Shown here piece by piece: positions 28,846-38,967 of a DNA stretch of 64,000 bases. This DNA is from an uncultured delta proteobacterium (GTDB lineage: Bacteria; Desulfobacterota; Desulfuromonadia; Geobacterales; DSM-12255). The stretch lies in the NCBI GenBank assembly GCA_963787125.1, contig CAWBBV010000014.1:57794-121793 (forward strand). Direction: 5' to 3'. The position numbers and the translations under genes are program-made. The notes beneath the pieces were generated by a model. It ran no database searches. It was not told the DNA's origin and saw only the letters and a list, made by a program, of their open reading frames with translations. Position 1 is the first letter of the stretch. Each line of letters opens with the position of its first letter.

Positions 28846-30180
28846 CTATGACGACCGGCTACCCCTGCGACCGATTTTTGGCGCTGGACGTTCTGTCACA
28901 ACTTTATTCCGTTTTGGAGTGCGTGAAGTAACATTTTTTGACGGAGCAGCAGACTGGGAACCTGCCGTTTTCTCAGGAGTCTTCCTCGCCCTGCACGGCT
29001 CTTTGCGTCGCTTCCCTTCCTTTGGCTTGCCGGCCCGTTTGACGGCGTACTGAGGGAATTCGTCAATTGCCTGACGCGGGATGGCGTAACTGAGAAGTTT
29101 TTCAATTGCGAGCAGCAGTGAGTTTTCTTCAGGGCTGACCAGTGAAATGGCTACACCCTCCTCACCTGCCCTGCCGGTGCGGCCAATCCGGTGGACATAA
29201 TCTTCGGGAACCTGGGGCAGATCGTAATTAACGACGTGGGGCAGCCGCTCAATATCGAGACCGCGAGCCGCCACGTCAGTTGCCACCAGCACCCGCCAGA
29301 CCCCATGTTTGAATTCTGCAAGGGTCCTCGTCCGGATTGACTGGCTCTTGTTACTATGAATGGCGGCAGCGTTTATTCCGTCAAAAAGCAGCTCTTCAGT
29401 CAACTTGTCCGCACCGTACCGGGTACGGGCGAAAACAAGCACCTGATTCCAATCACCCTTGCGGATCAGAAAAGAGATCATCTCCCTCTTACGGCTCTTT
29501 TCCACCTGATAGACTGCCTGCTTGACAGCGTCGGCAGCAAGATTGCGCCGCGCAACTTCGATCCGCCGCGGCGTATTCAAAAGTTCGTCGGCGAGCTGCT
29601 TGATCTCTTTGGAATAGGTTGCTGAAAAGAGCAGGGTCTGACGTTTAACTGGCAGATACTCGGCCACTTTGTGGATGTCGTCGATAAAACCCATATCCAG
29701 CATCCGGTCAGCCTCATCCAACACAAGGAACTTTATCCGGGAAAGATTGATCGTGCCTCGCTCCGCATGATCCAGCAATCGCCCTGGAGTCGCGACCACG
29801 ATATCTACACCACGATGCAGTCGCTCAATCTGGGCTTGAATATTGACTCCTCCGTAGATCATTGTGGAACGGAGTGACAGCCGTCTGGCATAAATGTTCA
29901 TCTCTTCGCTCACCTGTGCAGCCAGCTCGCGCGTCGGCACCAGAACCAGCGCCCGTGGCCTTCGACGCTTATCCGGAGGAATATTTTCACCGAGCATCTG
30001 CACAATCGGAAGAGCAAACGCCGCTGTCTTGCCGGTGCCGGTCTGAGCGCCTGCCAGCAGGTCACCACCCTCAAAAATAACCGGAATAGCCTCACTCTGG
30101 ATAGGGGTGGGGATTGTGTAACCCTGGGCAGTAATTGCACTCAGCAGTTCGGCACGAAGACCGAGGGATTCAAATGACAT
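28846..30180 (-). CDS. rhlE: DEAD-box RNA helicase (RhlE-like)
   Basis: [28 protein letters not shown], basic tail. Confidence 0.9.
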   Translation of the reverse strand: MSFESLGLRAELLSAITAQGYTIPTPIQSEAIPVIFEGGDLLAGAQTGTGKTAAFALPIVQMLGENIPPDKRRRPRALVLVPTRELAAQVSEEMNIYARRLSLRSTMIYGGVNIQAQIERLHRGVDIVVATPGRLLDHAERGTINLSRIKFLVLDEADRMLDMGFIDDIHKVAEYLPVKRQTLLFSATYSKEIKQLADELLNTPRRIEVARRNLAADAVKQAVYQVEKSRKREMISFLIRKGDWNQVLVFARTRYGADKLTEELLFDGINAAAIHSNKSQSIRTRTLAEFKHGVWRVLVATDVAARGLDIERLPHVVNYDLPQVPEDYVHRIGRTGRAGEEGVAISLVSPEENSLLLAIEKLLSYAIPRQAIDEFPQYAVKRAGKPKEGKRRKEPCRARKTPEKTAGSQSAAPSKNVTSRTPKRNKVVTERPAPKIGRRGSRSS

Positions 30181-30216
30181 TAGCGTAGCTCCTTGTTGTC
30201 AGTGTAAAGATCTGAT

Positions 30217-30930
30217 TCAGTGCGCAGCAGCGTCAACCTTCCCTATCAGCCGGGTAAAAAATTCAGGGATTGCGGTTGTAAACGTTAAGCGCTTTTTGCT
30301 GACAGGGTGAGTGAAAGCGATAGATTTGGCATGGAGTGCCAGAGTGCCGTAGTTATCGCTACTTTTGCCGTATTTCCTGTCACCCACAACAGGGTGGCCC
30401 TTTTCCGACAGATGCACGCGAATCTGGTGTTTGCGACCGGTGAGCAGGTGGATCTCCAGCAGACTTAAACCTTTGCTCTCTTTCAAAACCGTATACTCGG
30501 TCTGGGAGAGCTTACCGACTGTTGTATCCTGGGTGGAGTAAACCTTAAGAGCGCTGCTTTCTACCAAATAACTGCTGATCGTCCCTGATTTGGGCGCAAT
30601 AGTACCATGAACAATTGTCAGGTAGCGTTTCTCTGTCTCCTGCCAATGTTCCTGGAGAAAAATTTTGGCAGTTTCGCTTTTGGCGAAAATAAGAAGACCG
30701 GAAGTCTCGCGATCGAGACGATGAACAATATAGATCCGGTTGCGAGAGCGGGGATCACCCTTACGGACATAATCATTGAGAATGGTATGTGCGGTTCTTG
30801 ATTTGTCCCGGTCTGTCCCCATTGTCAGGAGTCCGGACGGTTTTTCCACCACGATGACATCTTTGTCTTCGTGAAGAATCAAAAGTCCTTTTGGTTGATA
30901 TTTAGCTGAATTACTTTTAGGGATAAGCAT
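30217..30930 (-). CDS. RluA family pseudouridine synthase
   Basis: VHRLDRETSG, TGRKHQIRVH, HPVVGD. Confidence 0.92.
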   Translation of the reverse strand: MLIPKSNSAKYQPKGLLILHEDKDVIVVEKPSGLLTMGTDRDKSRTAHTILNDYVRKGDPRSRNRIYIVHRLDRETSGLLIFAKSETAKIFLQEHWQETEKRYLTIVHGTIAPKSGTISSYLVESSALKVYSTQDTTVGKLSQTEYTVLKESKGLSLLEIHLLTGRKHQIRVHLSEKGHPVVGDRKYGKSSDNYGTLALHAKSIAFTHPVSKKRLTFTTAIPEFFTRLIGKVDAAAH

Positions 30931-30944
30931 GGCTATTTAATCTC

Positions 30945-30977
30945 AAAAATAAAAACCACAGGGGTAGTCCCTGTGGT
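30945..30977 (-). terminator. Terminator-like hairpin in the rluA leader
   Basis: ACCACAGGG-N5-CCCTGTGGT followed by TTTTATTTTT on the minus strand, ~15 nt before the rluA ATG. Confidence 0.6.
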
Positions 30978-31184
30978 GTAGTTCATCTCTTTTATAACAC
31001 GATGACCCCTATGGCGACAATGGCTTTCTGAATAAGTGCAATCGCAAGGATAGCAGAGGGAATATTCGTTCTCTCTTACTTGTATGATTGTATGCTATAA
31101 TTCAATGTTAACCAAGATTTCACCATACAAAAAAATCGGAAATACAGACGGCTTCAGACATGAAGCTTACAAGGCAGGTAACCA

Positions 31185-31892
31185 TTGGCACAACCCTGGA
31201 AAACAATTGAAAGCGTTGCTACTGACGAAGGTGTACTGGAACTGCGACAGCGCGGCGAGAAGGATTTCCTGATTATGATCGGTCCGCAAGTGCTTATGAA
31301 CAGCCATGCTAACCGTTCCGAACTGCTGCTTGGCCAGCTCGGTTGTGATCACTTGAAAACCAGTGACAGCCCACGAATCCTGGTGGGTGGTCTGGGGATG
31401 GGATTTACCCTCAAAGCTGTGCTTGACACTCTTCCCCCTTCGGCCAAGGTCGTTGTGACCGAACTCAATCCTACTGTCCTGCAATGGTGTCATGGCCCCC
31501 TTGCCCCACTTACAGCCAACGCCGTTAACGACCCGCGGGTAACCGTTGAAATAGGTGATGTTGCAAAACGGATCCGTCATAGCGCTGTGAACGGTGGTGA
31601 TTCACGCTTCGACGCTATCATTATCGATCTTTATCGCGGCCCTCACGCAAAAACGGATCATCGAGATGATCCGTTTTACGGCAGCCGGGCAATTGAAAAC
31701 ATGCATGCAGCGCTCAAACCCTGCGGAGTAGTCGCTGTCTGGGGAGAAAGTTATGACGAAGGCTTCGACAGACGCCTGAAAAATGCCGGTTTTGCCGTGA
31801 CTACTGACCGCTCTGCCCGCGGCGGTCTCAGACATGTGGTTTTCCTGGGGCAACTGAAACAATCAAAAAAGACAGGAAAACACGCTTCCTGA
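31185..31892 (+). CDS. Spermidine synthase-like SAM-dependent methyltransferase
   Basis: ILVGGLGMGFTL, FDAIIIDL. Confidence 0.8.
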   Translation: MAQPWKTIESVATDEGVLELRQRGEKDFLIMIGPQVLMNSHANRSELLLGQLGCDHLKTSDSPRILVGGLGMGFTLKAVLDTLPPSAKVVVTELNPTVLQWCHGPLAPLTANAVNDPRVTVEIGDVAKRIRHSAVNGGDSRFDAIIIDLYRGPHAKTDHRDDPFYGSRAIENMHAALKPCGVVAVWGESYDEGFDRRLKNAGFAVTTDRSARGGLRHVVFLGQLKQSKKTGKHAS

Positions 31893-31979
31893 AAAGTTGC
31901 CGGAATGAGACTTTGCTGCTTGCCGAACAATCAAGTTTCCGCTACGATGCCGAAAAAATTTACTGAATAAGGAGCATTC

Positions 31980-32258
31980 ATGCCCACAGCAACAGCCCGC
32001 CACATTCTCGTTGACACCGAAGCCAAATGCCTGCAACTCAAAGCTGAAATAGAAGCCGGCGCAGATTTTGCCGAAGTCGCCAAAAAAAATTCCTCATGTC
32101 CTTCACGCATGCAGGGAGGTGATCTCGGTGCCTTCCGCCCCGGGCAGATGGTGAAAGAGTTCGACGAGGTCGTCTTTTCCGGAGAGATCAATAAAGTTCT
32201 TGGCCCGGTCAAAACCCAGTTCGGTCATCACCTTATCGAGATCACAAAACGATGGTAA
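31980..32258 (+). CDS. ppiC: Parvulin peptidyl-prolyl isomerase
   Basis: ARHILV, GGDLG.F.PGQMV.EFD, KTQFG.HLI. Confidence 0.93.
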   Translation: MPTATARHILVDTEAKCLQLKAEIEAGADFAEVAKKNSSCPSRMQGGDLGAFRPGQMVKEFDEVVFSGEINKVLGPVKTQFGHHLIEITKRW

Positions 32259-32281
32259 CGGCATCGGCAAAGCAAGAGATA

Positions 32282-32707
32282 ATGACCGACCTCGACACTG
32301 CACTGGCAGCTCTGCGCCTGAATATGGACGATTCTAAGGGGCAGTCCCAGTTTTACGATATATTCCTGAATGCAACTTTCTGTGTACCGACCCTTGATGA
32401 ACAGGATCTGGACGAAACGGCTGAAGCGCTAAACGAAGGTCAGGTTCTGCCAATGATCATCGAATCGGAAGGGAATGACTACCTGATGCTCTTCGACACT
32501 GAAGAACGTCTGCATTCCTGGGCCAAGGATAAAGTCAAGTGGGTGGGAGTCCCGGGCTATGTCCTGGCCGCCACCACCATGGAGCCGCTCCATTGGGCAC
32601 TCAATGTAGGTACCGAATATTCGAAACAGTTTCTACCCGATGAAATAGCCTGGCTGCGTGAAGTTGTGGAACGCTGCAATGCGGCAGTTGATCAGCAGGA
32701 AGGGTGA
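32282..32707 (+). CDS. SseB family protein
   Basis: LMLFDTEERL..W, ALNVG...K.F.PDEI. Confidence 0.65.
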   Translation: MTDLDTALAALRLNMDDSKGQSQFYDIFLNATFCVPTLDEQDLDETAEALNEGQVLPMIIESEGNDYLMLFDTEERLHSWAKDKVKWVGVPGYVLAATTMEPLHWALNVGTEYSKQFLPDEIAWLREVVERCNAAVDQQEG

Positions 32708-32720
32708 TGAAGCAGCGGAA

Positions 32721-33404
32721 TCAGAGCAGAATATCTGCACTGGTTCCGCTGTTCGGCGCTGCCATTAAAAGTCGGTTTTTAGGGGTAATATCACCCGGTA
32801 TCTGCTGAGTGATGACATTGTATCCCTGTGAACGGAGCCGGAAAACCCGGTGCACATCCACCGCCAAGGGTCCATCAAGCCAGCCTTGCAAACCGCCAAG
32901 ATCAGCATTTTTCAAGTCGTGACAACAGGGCAGCACCGCTACAGTCGCCCCGGCGGTAACTGCCCGATCGAGAATCTTATCTGTCAAGGCACCGCAAGCG
33001 TGAGCCGATACAACCAGATCATCGGGTTGTAATTCTACTTTCATCAGGTCTGCTTCAACAAGTTGAATTCTACCTTCCAAGCGTGGCCAGTCTTGACATA
33101 GCGCTGCAGTGAGGGCATCAGCACTCTTCGGCAGATGCAAATCAACAGCGAGAGCCTGAGGCGAGCTGTTATCCAGAATCATGAGAATCTGCGCCAATAA
33201 TCCGTGACCGCAGGCAAGGTCGACTATCCGCTTGCCCCTGAAACGCCGCCGTACCCGGCGCGCGACCTCCCATGACTCATAAAACTCTTTACGCGGCAGA
33301 CAGCCAGCCCGGCAAACTGACCTGGCAATTGCATCGAAAAGGCTATCTCCGGCAAATTGCGGCAGTAATTTTTCGGTAAGCCGATTTCGTGATGAACGAT
33401 CCAT
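32721..33404 (-). CDS. SAM-dependent methyltransferase
   Basis: VDLACGHG, HACGALTD, PCCH, ITPKN; start at MDRSS. Confidence 0.82.
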   Translation of the reverse strand: MDRSSRNRLTEKLLPQFAGDSLFDAIARSVCRAGCLPRKEFYESWEVARRVRRRFRGKRIVDLACGHGLLAQILMILDNSSPQALAVDLHLPKSADALTAALCQDWPRLEGRIQLVEADLMKVELQPDDLVVSAHACGALTDKILDRAVTAGATVAVLPCCHDLKNADLGGLQGWLDGPLAVDVHRVFRLRSQGYNVITQQIPGDITPKNRLLMAAPNSGTSADILL

Positions 33405-33420
33405 GGTGGCAATAGCCCCT

Positions 33421-33768
33421 TTAATAAGGCCGGAGCTGACTACCGGCACCGATATGCCAATGAAGATGCTTGTCGGTCTGATAATTGCCCAGGTTCGTAT
33501 AAACGCGACAGCCACCATGCCGTGCCATAAGTTCGGCGGCAATCTGCCTGGCGATGCGCATCAGTTCCAGTAGCAGATCGTTGTCAGCTTCTTCAAGAGT
33601 TATCAGAGACTCCACGTGCCGCTTTGGCAGCAGCACCAGATGGCACTCCCATATCGGATTGGAATGGTGGAAAGCCAAAACTTGATCGTTCTCGATATAG
33701 ACAGGCAGTTTGAGCAGACCGCCCAGCACCTTGTCACAGTAGAAGTCGCAAAGACTTGTCTTCTTCAT
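33421..33768 (-). CDS. HIT family protein
   Basis: HLHWHI triad. Confidence 0.88.
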   Translation of the reverse strand: MKKTSLCDFYCDKVLGGLLKLPVYIENDQVLAFHHSNPIWECHLVLLPKRHVESLITLEEADNDLLLELMRIARQIAAELMARHGGCRVYTNLGNYQTDKHLHWHIGAGSQLRPY

Positions 33769-33910
33769 GATGCCAACCGCAAAAGTATCATACCAGATTC
33801 CGGATCAAATTCCCTTGCGGCATCCAAGCATAAAATCTCGGTTAGCATACATCGCCATCGTTGGAAAAAGCCGCCATGACTCGCCCTGATTGCCCAACCT
33901 GATACAGCAT
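33765..33910 (-). pseudogene. Internally deleted PPC/DUF296-like gene remnant
   Basis: GAGGAGG RBS + MLYQVGQSGRVMAAFSNDGDV joined out of frame to LTEILCLDAAREFDPESGMILLRLAS*. Confidence 0.5.
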
Positions 33911-34056
33911 AACCCCTCCTCTAGAACAAGCTCGATCACTCTATCACACTCTCCAGAAACATACATCACTTGACAAACTGATACCAAATAAGGCTTATTT
34001 CTACTGGCGTTGAAAACTCAGCGCTACAAACTGCAACACAATGAGGAGTTGGAACG

Positions 34057-34641
34057 ATGAAAGTGATAGATTGCCGCGGTCTTCCCTGCCCCACCCCGGT
34101 TATTATGACAAAGAACGCAATTCAAGAGTCAATTGGTGATTTTATATGCGTAATACTTGATAATGGTGCAGCCAGAGAGAATGTCCTCCGCTTCTGCAGT
34201 TCAAAAGGCTTTACAGTAACTGAAGAGCTAGGTAACAGCTATACAACTCTTACAATCACCTGCCTGTCAAATGATACCGGATCTGAGGTGCCTCCCCTTA
34301 ATAGCGCCCCTCCTGTCATACTGATAACTTCTGACAAACTTGGCAATGGCCCGGATGACCTCGGTCAACTGCTCATGAAAAATTTTATAATTACGCTTCT
34401 TGAAATAAAGGATAAGCCTGAAAAGATTCTTTTCCTCAATAGCGGTGTAATTTTGGCTACAGAGGGTTCTGAATTGCTGGAACCTCTCCAGAAACTTGCT
34501 GCTTCCGGGGTAGAAATTCTCTCCTGTGGTGTCTGCCTCGATTATTACGGCAAAAGGGATAATCTTGTCGTCGGGACTGTGACAAACATGTATACCATTG
34601 CGGAATCAATGCTCACATCAGCAAACGCCATAAGAGTTTAG
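34057..34641 (+). CDS. yedF: Sulfurtransferase-like selenium metabolism protein YedF (TusA + DsrE domains)
   Basis: DCRGLPCPTPV, LG.G..LG.LLM, SCGVCLDYY. Confidence 0.88.
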   Translation: MKVIDCRGLPCPTPVIMTKNAIQESIGDFICVILDNGAARENVLRFCSSKGFTVTEELGNSYTTLTITCLSNDTGSEVPPLNSAPPVILITSDKLGNGPDDLGQLLMKNFIITLLEIKDKPEKILFLNSGVILATEGSELLEPLQKLAASGVEILSCGVCLDYYGKRDNLVVGTVTNMYTIAESMLTSANAIRV

Positions 34642-34685
34642 CCAGCCAATTGTGGTATCCCATTTATCAGGGACAGGGAGAACAG

Positions 34686-35228
34686 ATGGTCAGACCATTT
34701 AAGAATGTAAATCCTTTTATTGCTTCTGATGCATTTATTGCTGAAACTGCCGTAATAATAGGTGATGTCCATATAGGTTCCCAGAGCAGCATCTGGTACA
34801 ATGTAGTTATTCGCGGTGATGTGAACAGTATCAGAATCGGGCATAGATCAAACATTCAGGATTTATCTCTCATTCATGTTACCGGTAAGAAAGATGCAAA
34901 CAATTCAGGATCTCCGCTCTTCATAGGTGATGATGTGACAGTTGGCCATCACGTCACACTGCACGGTTGCACAATCGGCAACAAGGCCTTTATCGGCATG
35001 AATGTACTGATTATGGACAGAGTAGTTATAGGCGAAAGTGCTATGGTCGCAGCAGGATCTCTTGTCCCTGAAGGGACATCTATCCCTCCGGGTACACTCT
35101 GGATGGGCTCACCTGCCAGATTCAAGAGAGTGCGTACAGAAGCCGAGAAGACAAAGTCACTTGAGCTTGCAGCAGCGTATGTCAGTCTTGCAAAAACCTT
35201 TAGTGAAGAGATATTTCCACCGGCTTAA
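34686..35228 (+). CDS. Gamma carbonic anhydrase family protein
   Basis: RGDVN.IRIG..SNIQD...H, VGH..LHGC. Confidence 0.9.
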   Translation: MVRPFKNVNPFIASDAFIAETAVIIGDVHIGSQSSIWYNVVIRGDVNSIRIGHRSNIQDLSLIHVTGKKDANNSGSPLFIGDDVTVGHHVTLHGCTIGNKAFIGMNVLIMDRVVIGESAMVAAGSLVPEGTSIPPGTLWMGSPARFKRVRTEAEKTKSLELAAAYVSLAKTFSEEIFPPA

Positions 35229-35256
35229 AGGAATCCTGCCATAAACCAAGTCTACC

Positions 35257-35285
35257 TTGACACGTTAATATCGACACGATATTAT
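35257..35285 (+). promoter_or_regulatory. Sigma70-type promoter
   Basis: TTGACA-N17-TATTAT upstream of the TPR gene. Confidence 0.7.
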
Positions 35286-35348
35286 CGCGAGTCGTATCGT
35301 AGCCTAACTATTCTGTAACATTAAATTTTCTGATCATGTGGTGGCGTC

Positions 35349-36944
35349 TTGAGTTCTAAAAAATCAAAACTTATCGAAAGCGCACAAAAAAACTTCCTCA
35401 AAGGTCAGCATACTCGTGCAGCAGATGAATACAGGCAGATAATTCAGCTCGATCCAACCGACATGAGGCATCGCCAAAGACTTGCCGAGATCCTGACTAA
35501 AGCAAATCAAAAAGAAGAGGCTGTCAAAGAGTATACTTTTCTTGCGAAGCATTATGTCGACTCGGTTCATTATTTAAAAGCTATTGCAGTTTATAAGCAG
35601 ATTCAGAAGCTTGACTCGTCAAATCCTGAATACTCATTGACCCTTGCCTTTCTAAACGAAAAACAGGGGCTCATTGGTAACGCTTCTGCAGAGTATGCGT
35701 CTGCAGTACAAATCTATGAAAAAAGCGGTGAAAACCTTAAGGCGTTAAAAACTCTCACAAGTATGTTGGCGCTTGATCCTGGCAACTCAGCAGTAAGAGT
35801 AAGGATTGCTGAAAAGTATTTTACAGTAGGATCAGAAGAGCAATCTCTCAATGAATTCGAAGCTCTTTTACTGGATCTTAAAGAGAGAAATGACGAAAAC
35901 GGTTTCAGGCTGATATCAGAAAGAGTTTCTAATCTTTTTGGCAAAGCTGGTGAAATTCTGCTCTTCAAAATCTCTCAGGATCAGCCAGATAACGCCCCTG
36001 AACCTAATGATCACTTCCTTTCACCTCCTCTAGAAAAACTTAACGCCGTCGATACTCCAGATGATAACGAGATAATCTCTGAAGTTCTTCCAGATTTTTC
36101 TTCTGGAAGTGACGTCCCTGAAGATGACTCAGATTCAATATATGAAGATATCGAGCTTATTGATGAGATCATGCCAATCGATGAAGACGACGACTATAGA
36201 GAAGAATCAGATGAATCTAAAACTGAAGATGATTGGGAGGAAGAAATCGACCTGGCTGCACTGACTCCTGAACTTGCCGTGACGGATAACCTGCATTTAG
36301 AAGCGAATCAAAGAGATGACGCATCTTCAGCCATGGATATTTATGAAATGGAACTTGATGAACTGGAATTGGAAATTGATGAAACTACCGAACCAGCATC
36401 TGCATCAGAACCGGCGGCTTTTCTTAACTCTACGTCACTTAAGTCAGAGGAGACTTTTGATCTTGGCAAAGAGCTCTCACTTTTTGCTGATGAAATAGAT
36501 TTTGATCTTTTCAGAACAGACACTACAGATACATCTTTTGATAGCACCGACTCAGGCTTAAAAAAGAGTGAACTGGACAATGAAGATTCCGAGTCGCACT
36601 ACAGCCTTGGTCTTGCATATAAGGAGATGGGTCTCTTTGATGAAGCCATCGCCGAATTTATTGTTGCCTCACGCGCCATTGAGCGGCGTATTGATGCCTT
36701 GATATTGCAGGGAGTATGTCTAAGAGAAATCGGCCAAATCAATAAGGCTGTCGAGATATTTTCTGACGCACTCTTGGATAAAAACATAAGTGACGACGAG
36801 TATTTGGGGATTAAGTATGAGCTGGCACTCTGCTGCGAGGCGTCCGGAGAATTGAGGAGAGCGAGGGAACTGTTTACTGAAATAAGCATAGCCCGTCCGT
36901 CATTCAGTGATGTCGCAGTGCACCTTAGAAACCTGCAGGATTAA
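35349..36944 (+). CDS. TPR protein with long acidic linker
   Basis: N-terminal TPRs, D/E-rich middle, C-terminal SHYSLGLAYKEMGLFDEAI TPRs. Confidence 0.8.
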   Translation: MSSKKSKLIESAQKNFLKGQHTRAADEYRQIIQLDPTDMRHRQRLAEILTKANQKEEAVKEYTFLAKHYVDSVHYLKAIAVYKQIQKLDSSNPEYSLTLAFLNEKQGLIGNASAEYASAVQIYEKSGENLKALKTLTSMLALDPGNSAVRVRIAEKYFTVGSEEQSLNEFEALLLDLKERNDENGFRLISERVSNLFGKAGEILLFKISQDQPDNAPEPNDHFLSPPLEKLNAVDTPDDNEIISEVLPDFSSGSDVPEDDSDSIYEDIELIDEIMPIDEDDDYREESDESKTEDDWEEEIDLAALTPELAVTDNLHLEANQRDDASSAMDIYEMELDELELEIDETTEPASASEPAAFLNSTSLKSEETFDLGKELSLFADEIDFDLFRTDTTDTSFDSTDSGLKKSELDNEDSESHYSLGLAYKEMGLFDEAIAEFIVASRAIERRIDALILQGVCLREIGQINKAVEIFSDALLDKNISDDEYLGIKYELALCCEASGELRRARELFTEISIARPSFSDVAVHLRNLQD

Positions 36945-37564
36945 AGTAACGCCATAATTTCCTCATGCTGGTCTATTCTTGCCATACCGGGGAGGTCGGC
37001 TTTGTAACCGATAAAAGGAACTCCGGCAGCTGCTGCTGCCTGGGAATCGACAGCCGAGTCTCCGACAAAGAGAGCTTCTTCAGGCTTGAGTTCGTAGTGG
37101 TCAAGTATTCTCAGGAGAGGGTCAGGATGGGGCTTGGGAAAAGATGCTTTGGAAGCCGTCATTACAAAACTGAAATAATCAGTCAGGTTAAACCTGTTCA
37201 GCACTGCATCCATTGAGGTAGAACGGTTTGTGCAGACGGCAAGATGAACTACCCCCTTCAGCTGCTCAAGTGTCTCAACTAAACCATTCTCCATCTCCAT
37301 TAACTGAATCAACCTCACGTAGTCAATGGATCCGGCAAATTTGGCGGCAACCTCACATCGCTCTTTTTCCGGGAAGAAGTGCTTCAGAACTTCACTGTTA
37401 GCATACGTATGTATCACTCTCATCATGTCCACATCACTGCGATCAAGTGTAATTCCCATGTAATTGAAAACCGACTCATAAAAAGCACAGTTTGCTTCCA
37501 GAGAATTAAACATTACGCCGTCACAGTCATAAATAACCGCCTTGATTTTCTGCCTGTAATTCAC
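36941..37564 (-). CDS. HAD family hydrolase
   Basis: YDCDGV, KPHP, FVGDS..D. Confidence 0.9.
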   Translation of the reverse strand: MNYRQKIKAVIYDCDGVMFNSLEANCAFYESVFNYMGITLDRSDVDMMRVIHTYANSEVLKHFFPEKERCEVAAKFAGSIDYVRLIQLMEMENGLVETLEQLKGVVHLAVCTNRSTSMDAVLNRFNLTDYFSFVMTASKASFPKPHPDPLLRILDHYELKPEEALFVGDSAVDSQAAAAAGVPFIGYKADLPGMARIDQHEEIMALL

Positions 37565-37567
37565 AAC

Positions 37568-37867
37568 TTACTCCTGCAAATCGGATCGACTCAGATATTC
37601 ATCCCACTCCATGGGGAGAAGATACTTCTTTCTGCTGTTGCATTCCTTGCATGCCGGCACAAGATTGCCGCGGACGCTTTTGCCGCCGCGAATAATTGGG
37701 ACAAGATGATCCATGGTGAGTTCTTGCGGCGGGAAGATGTTGCCACAATAATGGCAGAGCCCTTTTGCAACTCGGCTGCTCCACCAGCGGCTTTTTCGGA
37801 GCTCTCTGGCTTTGTCCTTCTCAGCACGGATCTGCTGCTCGGAAATTTCGGAAATAAAATAACCCAT
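37568..37867 (-). CDS. HNH endonuclease family protein
   Basis: CHYC, MDHLVP..RGG, CKECN. Confidence 0.9.
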   Translation of the reverse strand: MGYFISEISEQQIRAEKDKARELRKSRWWSSRVAKGLCHYCGNIFPPQELTMDHLVPIIRGGKSVRGNLVPACKECNSRKKYLLPMEWDEYLSRSDLQE

Positions 37868-37869
37868 CG

Positions 37870-38322
37870 TTACCCCACATGCCCTGCAAGCATCTCCTTG
37901 ATAGCCGCCCTTGCAAGGACATCACACCTCTCATTTTCAATATGTCCGGCGTGCCCTCTGACCCAGTTCCATTGAATCTGGTGAGTTCTTGACAGTTCCT
38001 GCAACCGTTCCCACAGGTCACGATTAAGTACCGGTTCTTTTTTACTATTAATCCAGCCTTTTCTGATCCAGCCGGAAAGCCATTCGGTCATCCCTTTGAC
38101 TAGGTATTGGGAATCTGATGTTACTGAAACGACGCATGGCCGGTTCAAAGACTCAAGAGCCGTAATTGCAGCAGTAAGCTCCATACGGTTGTTGGTAGTG
38201 ATTATCTCGCCACCGGAAATCTCTTTCACACTCCTTCCGGATTTCAAAATTGCCCCAAAGCCACCTGGTCCTGGATTGCCGCTGCACGCGCCATCACAGA
38301 AAATCTCAATCAGGGTTGACAT
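37870..38322 (-). CDS. rnhA: Ribonuclease HI
   Basis: [33 protein letters not shown]. Confidence 0.97.
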   Translation of the reverse strand: MSTLIEIFCDGACSGNPGPGGFGAILKSGRSVKEISGGEIITTNNRMELTAAITALESLNRPCVVSVTSDSQYLVKGMTEWLSGWIRKGWINSKKEPVLNRDLWERLQELSRTHQIQWNWVRGHAGHIENERCDVLARAAIKEMLAGHVG

Positions 38323-38959
38323 ACGCCCCCTCTGCCTTAAGAATATTCGCTATAGCTTCCATAATTCTGTCTGTAATAAGCTGATGAGTTGCCTTATTAT
38401 CTTCAAGTAGAAACAGATCCGTGAAGTCCAGGGGTTTGCCGAAAACAGCTTTTGCTTCCCGTCTGAAATCAGGGAATTTCCAATTATTCAGGCCAATAAG
38501 TGCAGTCGGAATAACTACCGGCTTTGTATCGAAGATAATTTTTCCAACGCCACGGTTTCCTTTCCCCAAGACTCCATCTTTATGGCGCGTACCTTCAGGG
38601 AACAGCATCACTTTCTGGCTCTGGAGAAGATCATTAATACGCTTGGCAGCTCTTACGTCCCTCCCCCTGTTTACCGGAAACGCACCCCACGAACTGTATA
38701 GCCATCCGGTAAACCATTTTCTGAAAAGCTCTTCTTTAGCAGGTGCCCATAGCATCTGCAAAGGAAATTTACCTATGACAGCCCATGGCAGAAAGATAGT
38801 CTCATATGCTGAAATATGATTTGAGGCAATTAGTACACCTCCGCTGGCAGGAATGTTATCAGCGCCTGACACTCTGAATTTATTTAGCCCAGAAGCGTAT
38901 AAACCGATAACACTGATAGTAAATGTGACCCAAAGACGACGTAAGAAAGGCACTTTCAT
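38306..38959 (-). CDS. Lysophospholipid acyltransferase (PlsC-like)
   Basis: SNHIS, FPEGTR. Confidence 0.88.
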   Translation of the reverse strand: MKVPFLRRLWVTFTISVIGLYASGLNKFRVSGADNIPASGGVLIASNHISAYETIFLPWAVIGKFPLQMLWAPAKEELFRKWFTGWLYSSWGAFPVNRGRDVRAAKRINDLLQSQKVMLFPEGTRHKDGVLGKGNRGVGKIIFDTKPVVIPTALIGLNNWKFPDFRREAKAVFGKPLDFTDLFLLEDNKATHQLITDRIMEAIANILKAEGAYVNPD

Positions 38960-38967
38960 CTGTTCCC

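Noticed and set aside
28613..28931. Short ORFs between the exported protein and rhlE
   Set aside because: No motif or RBS; could not be assigned even as remnants
30955..31015. Fluoride riboswitch (GATGACCCCTA on the plus strand)
   Set aside because: The required 5' GGNGATGG..TTC.CC element is absent
34057..34641. Selenoprotein readthrough near yedF
   Set aside because: No in-frame TGA at Cys positions; no selD/selA/selB in the window
37568..38322. HNH + RNase H as a retron or defence system
   Set aside because: No reverse transcriptase or ncRNA; the genes lie in an ordinary housekeeping run
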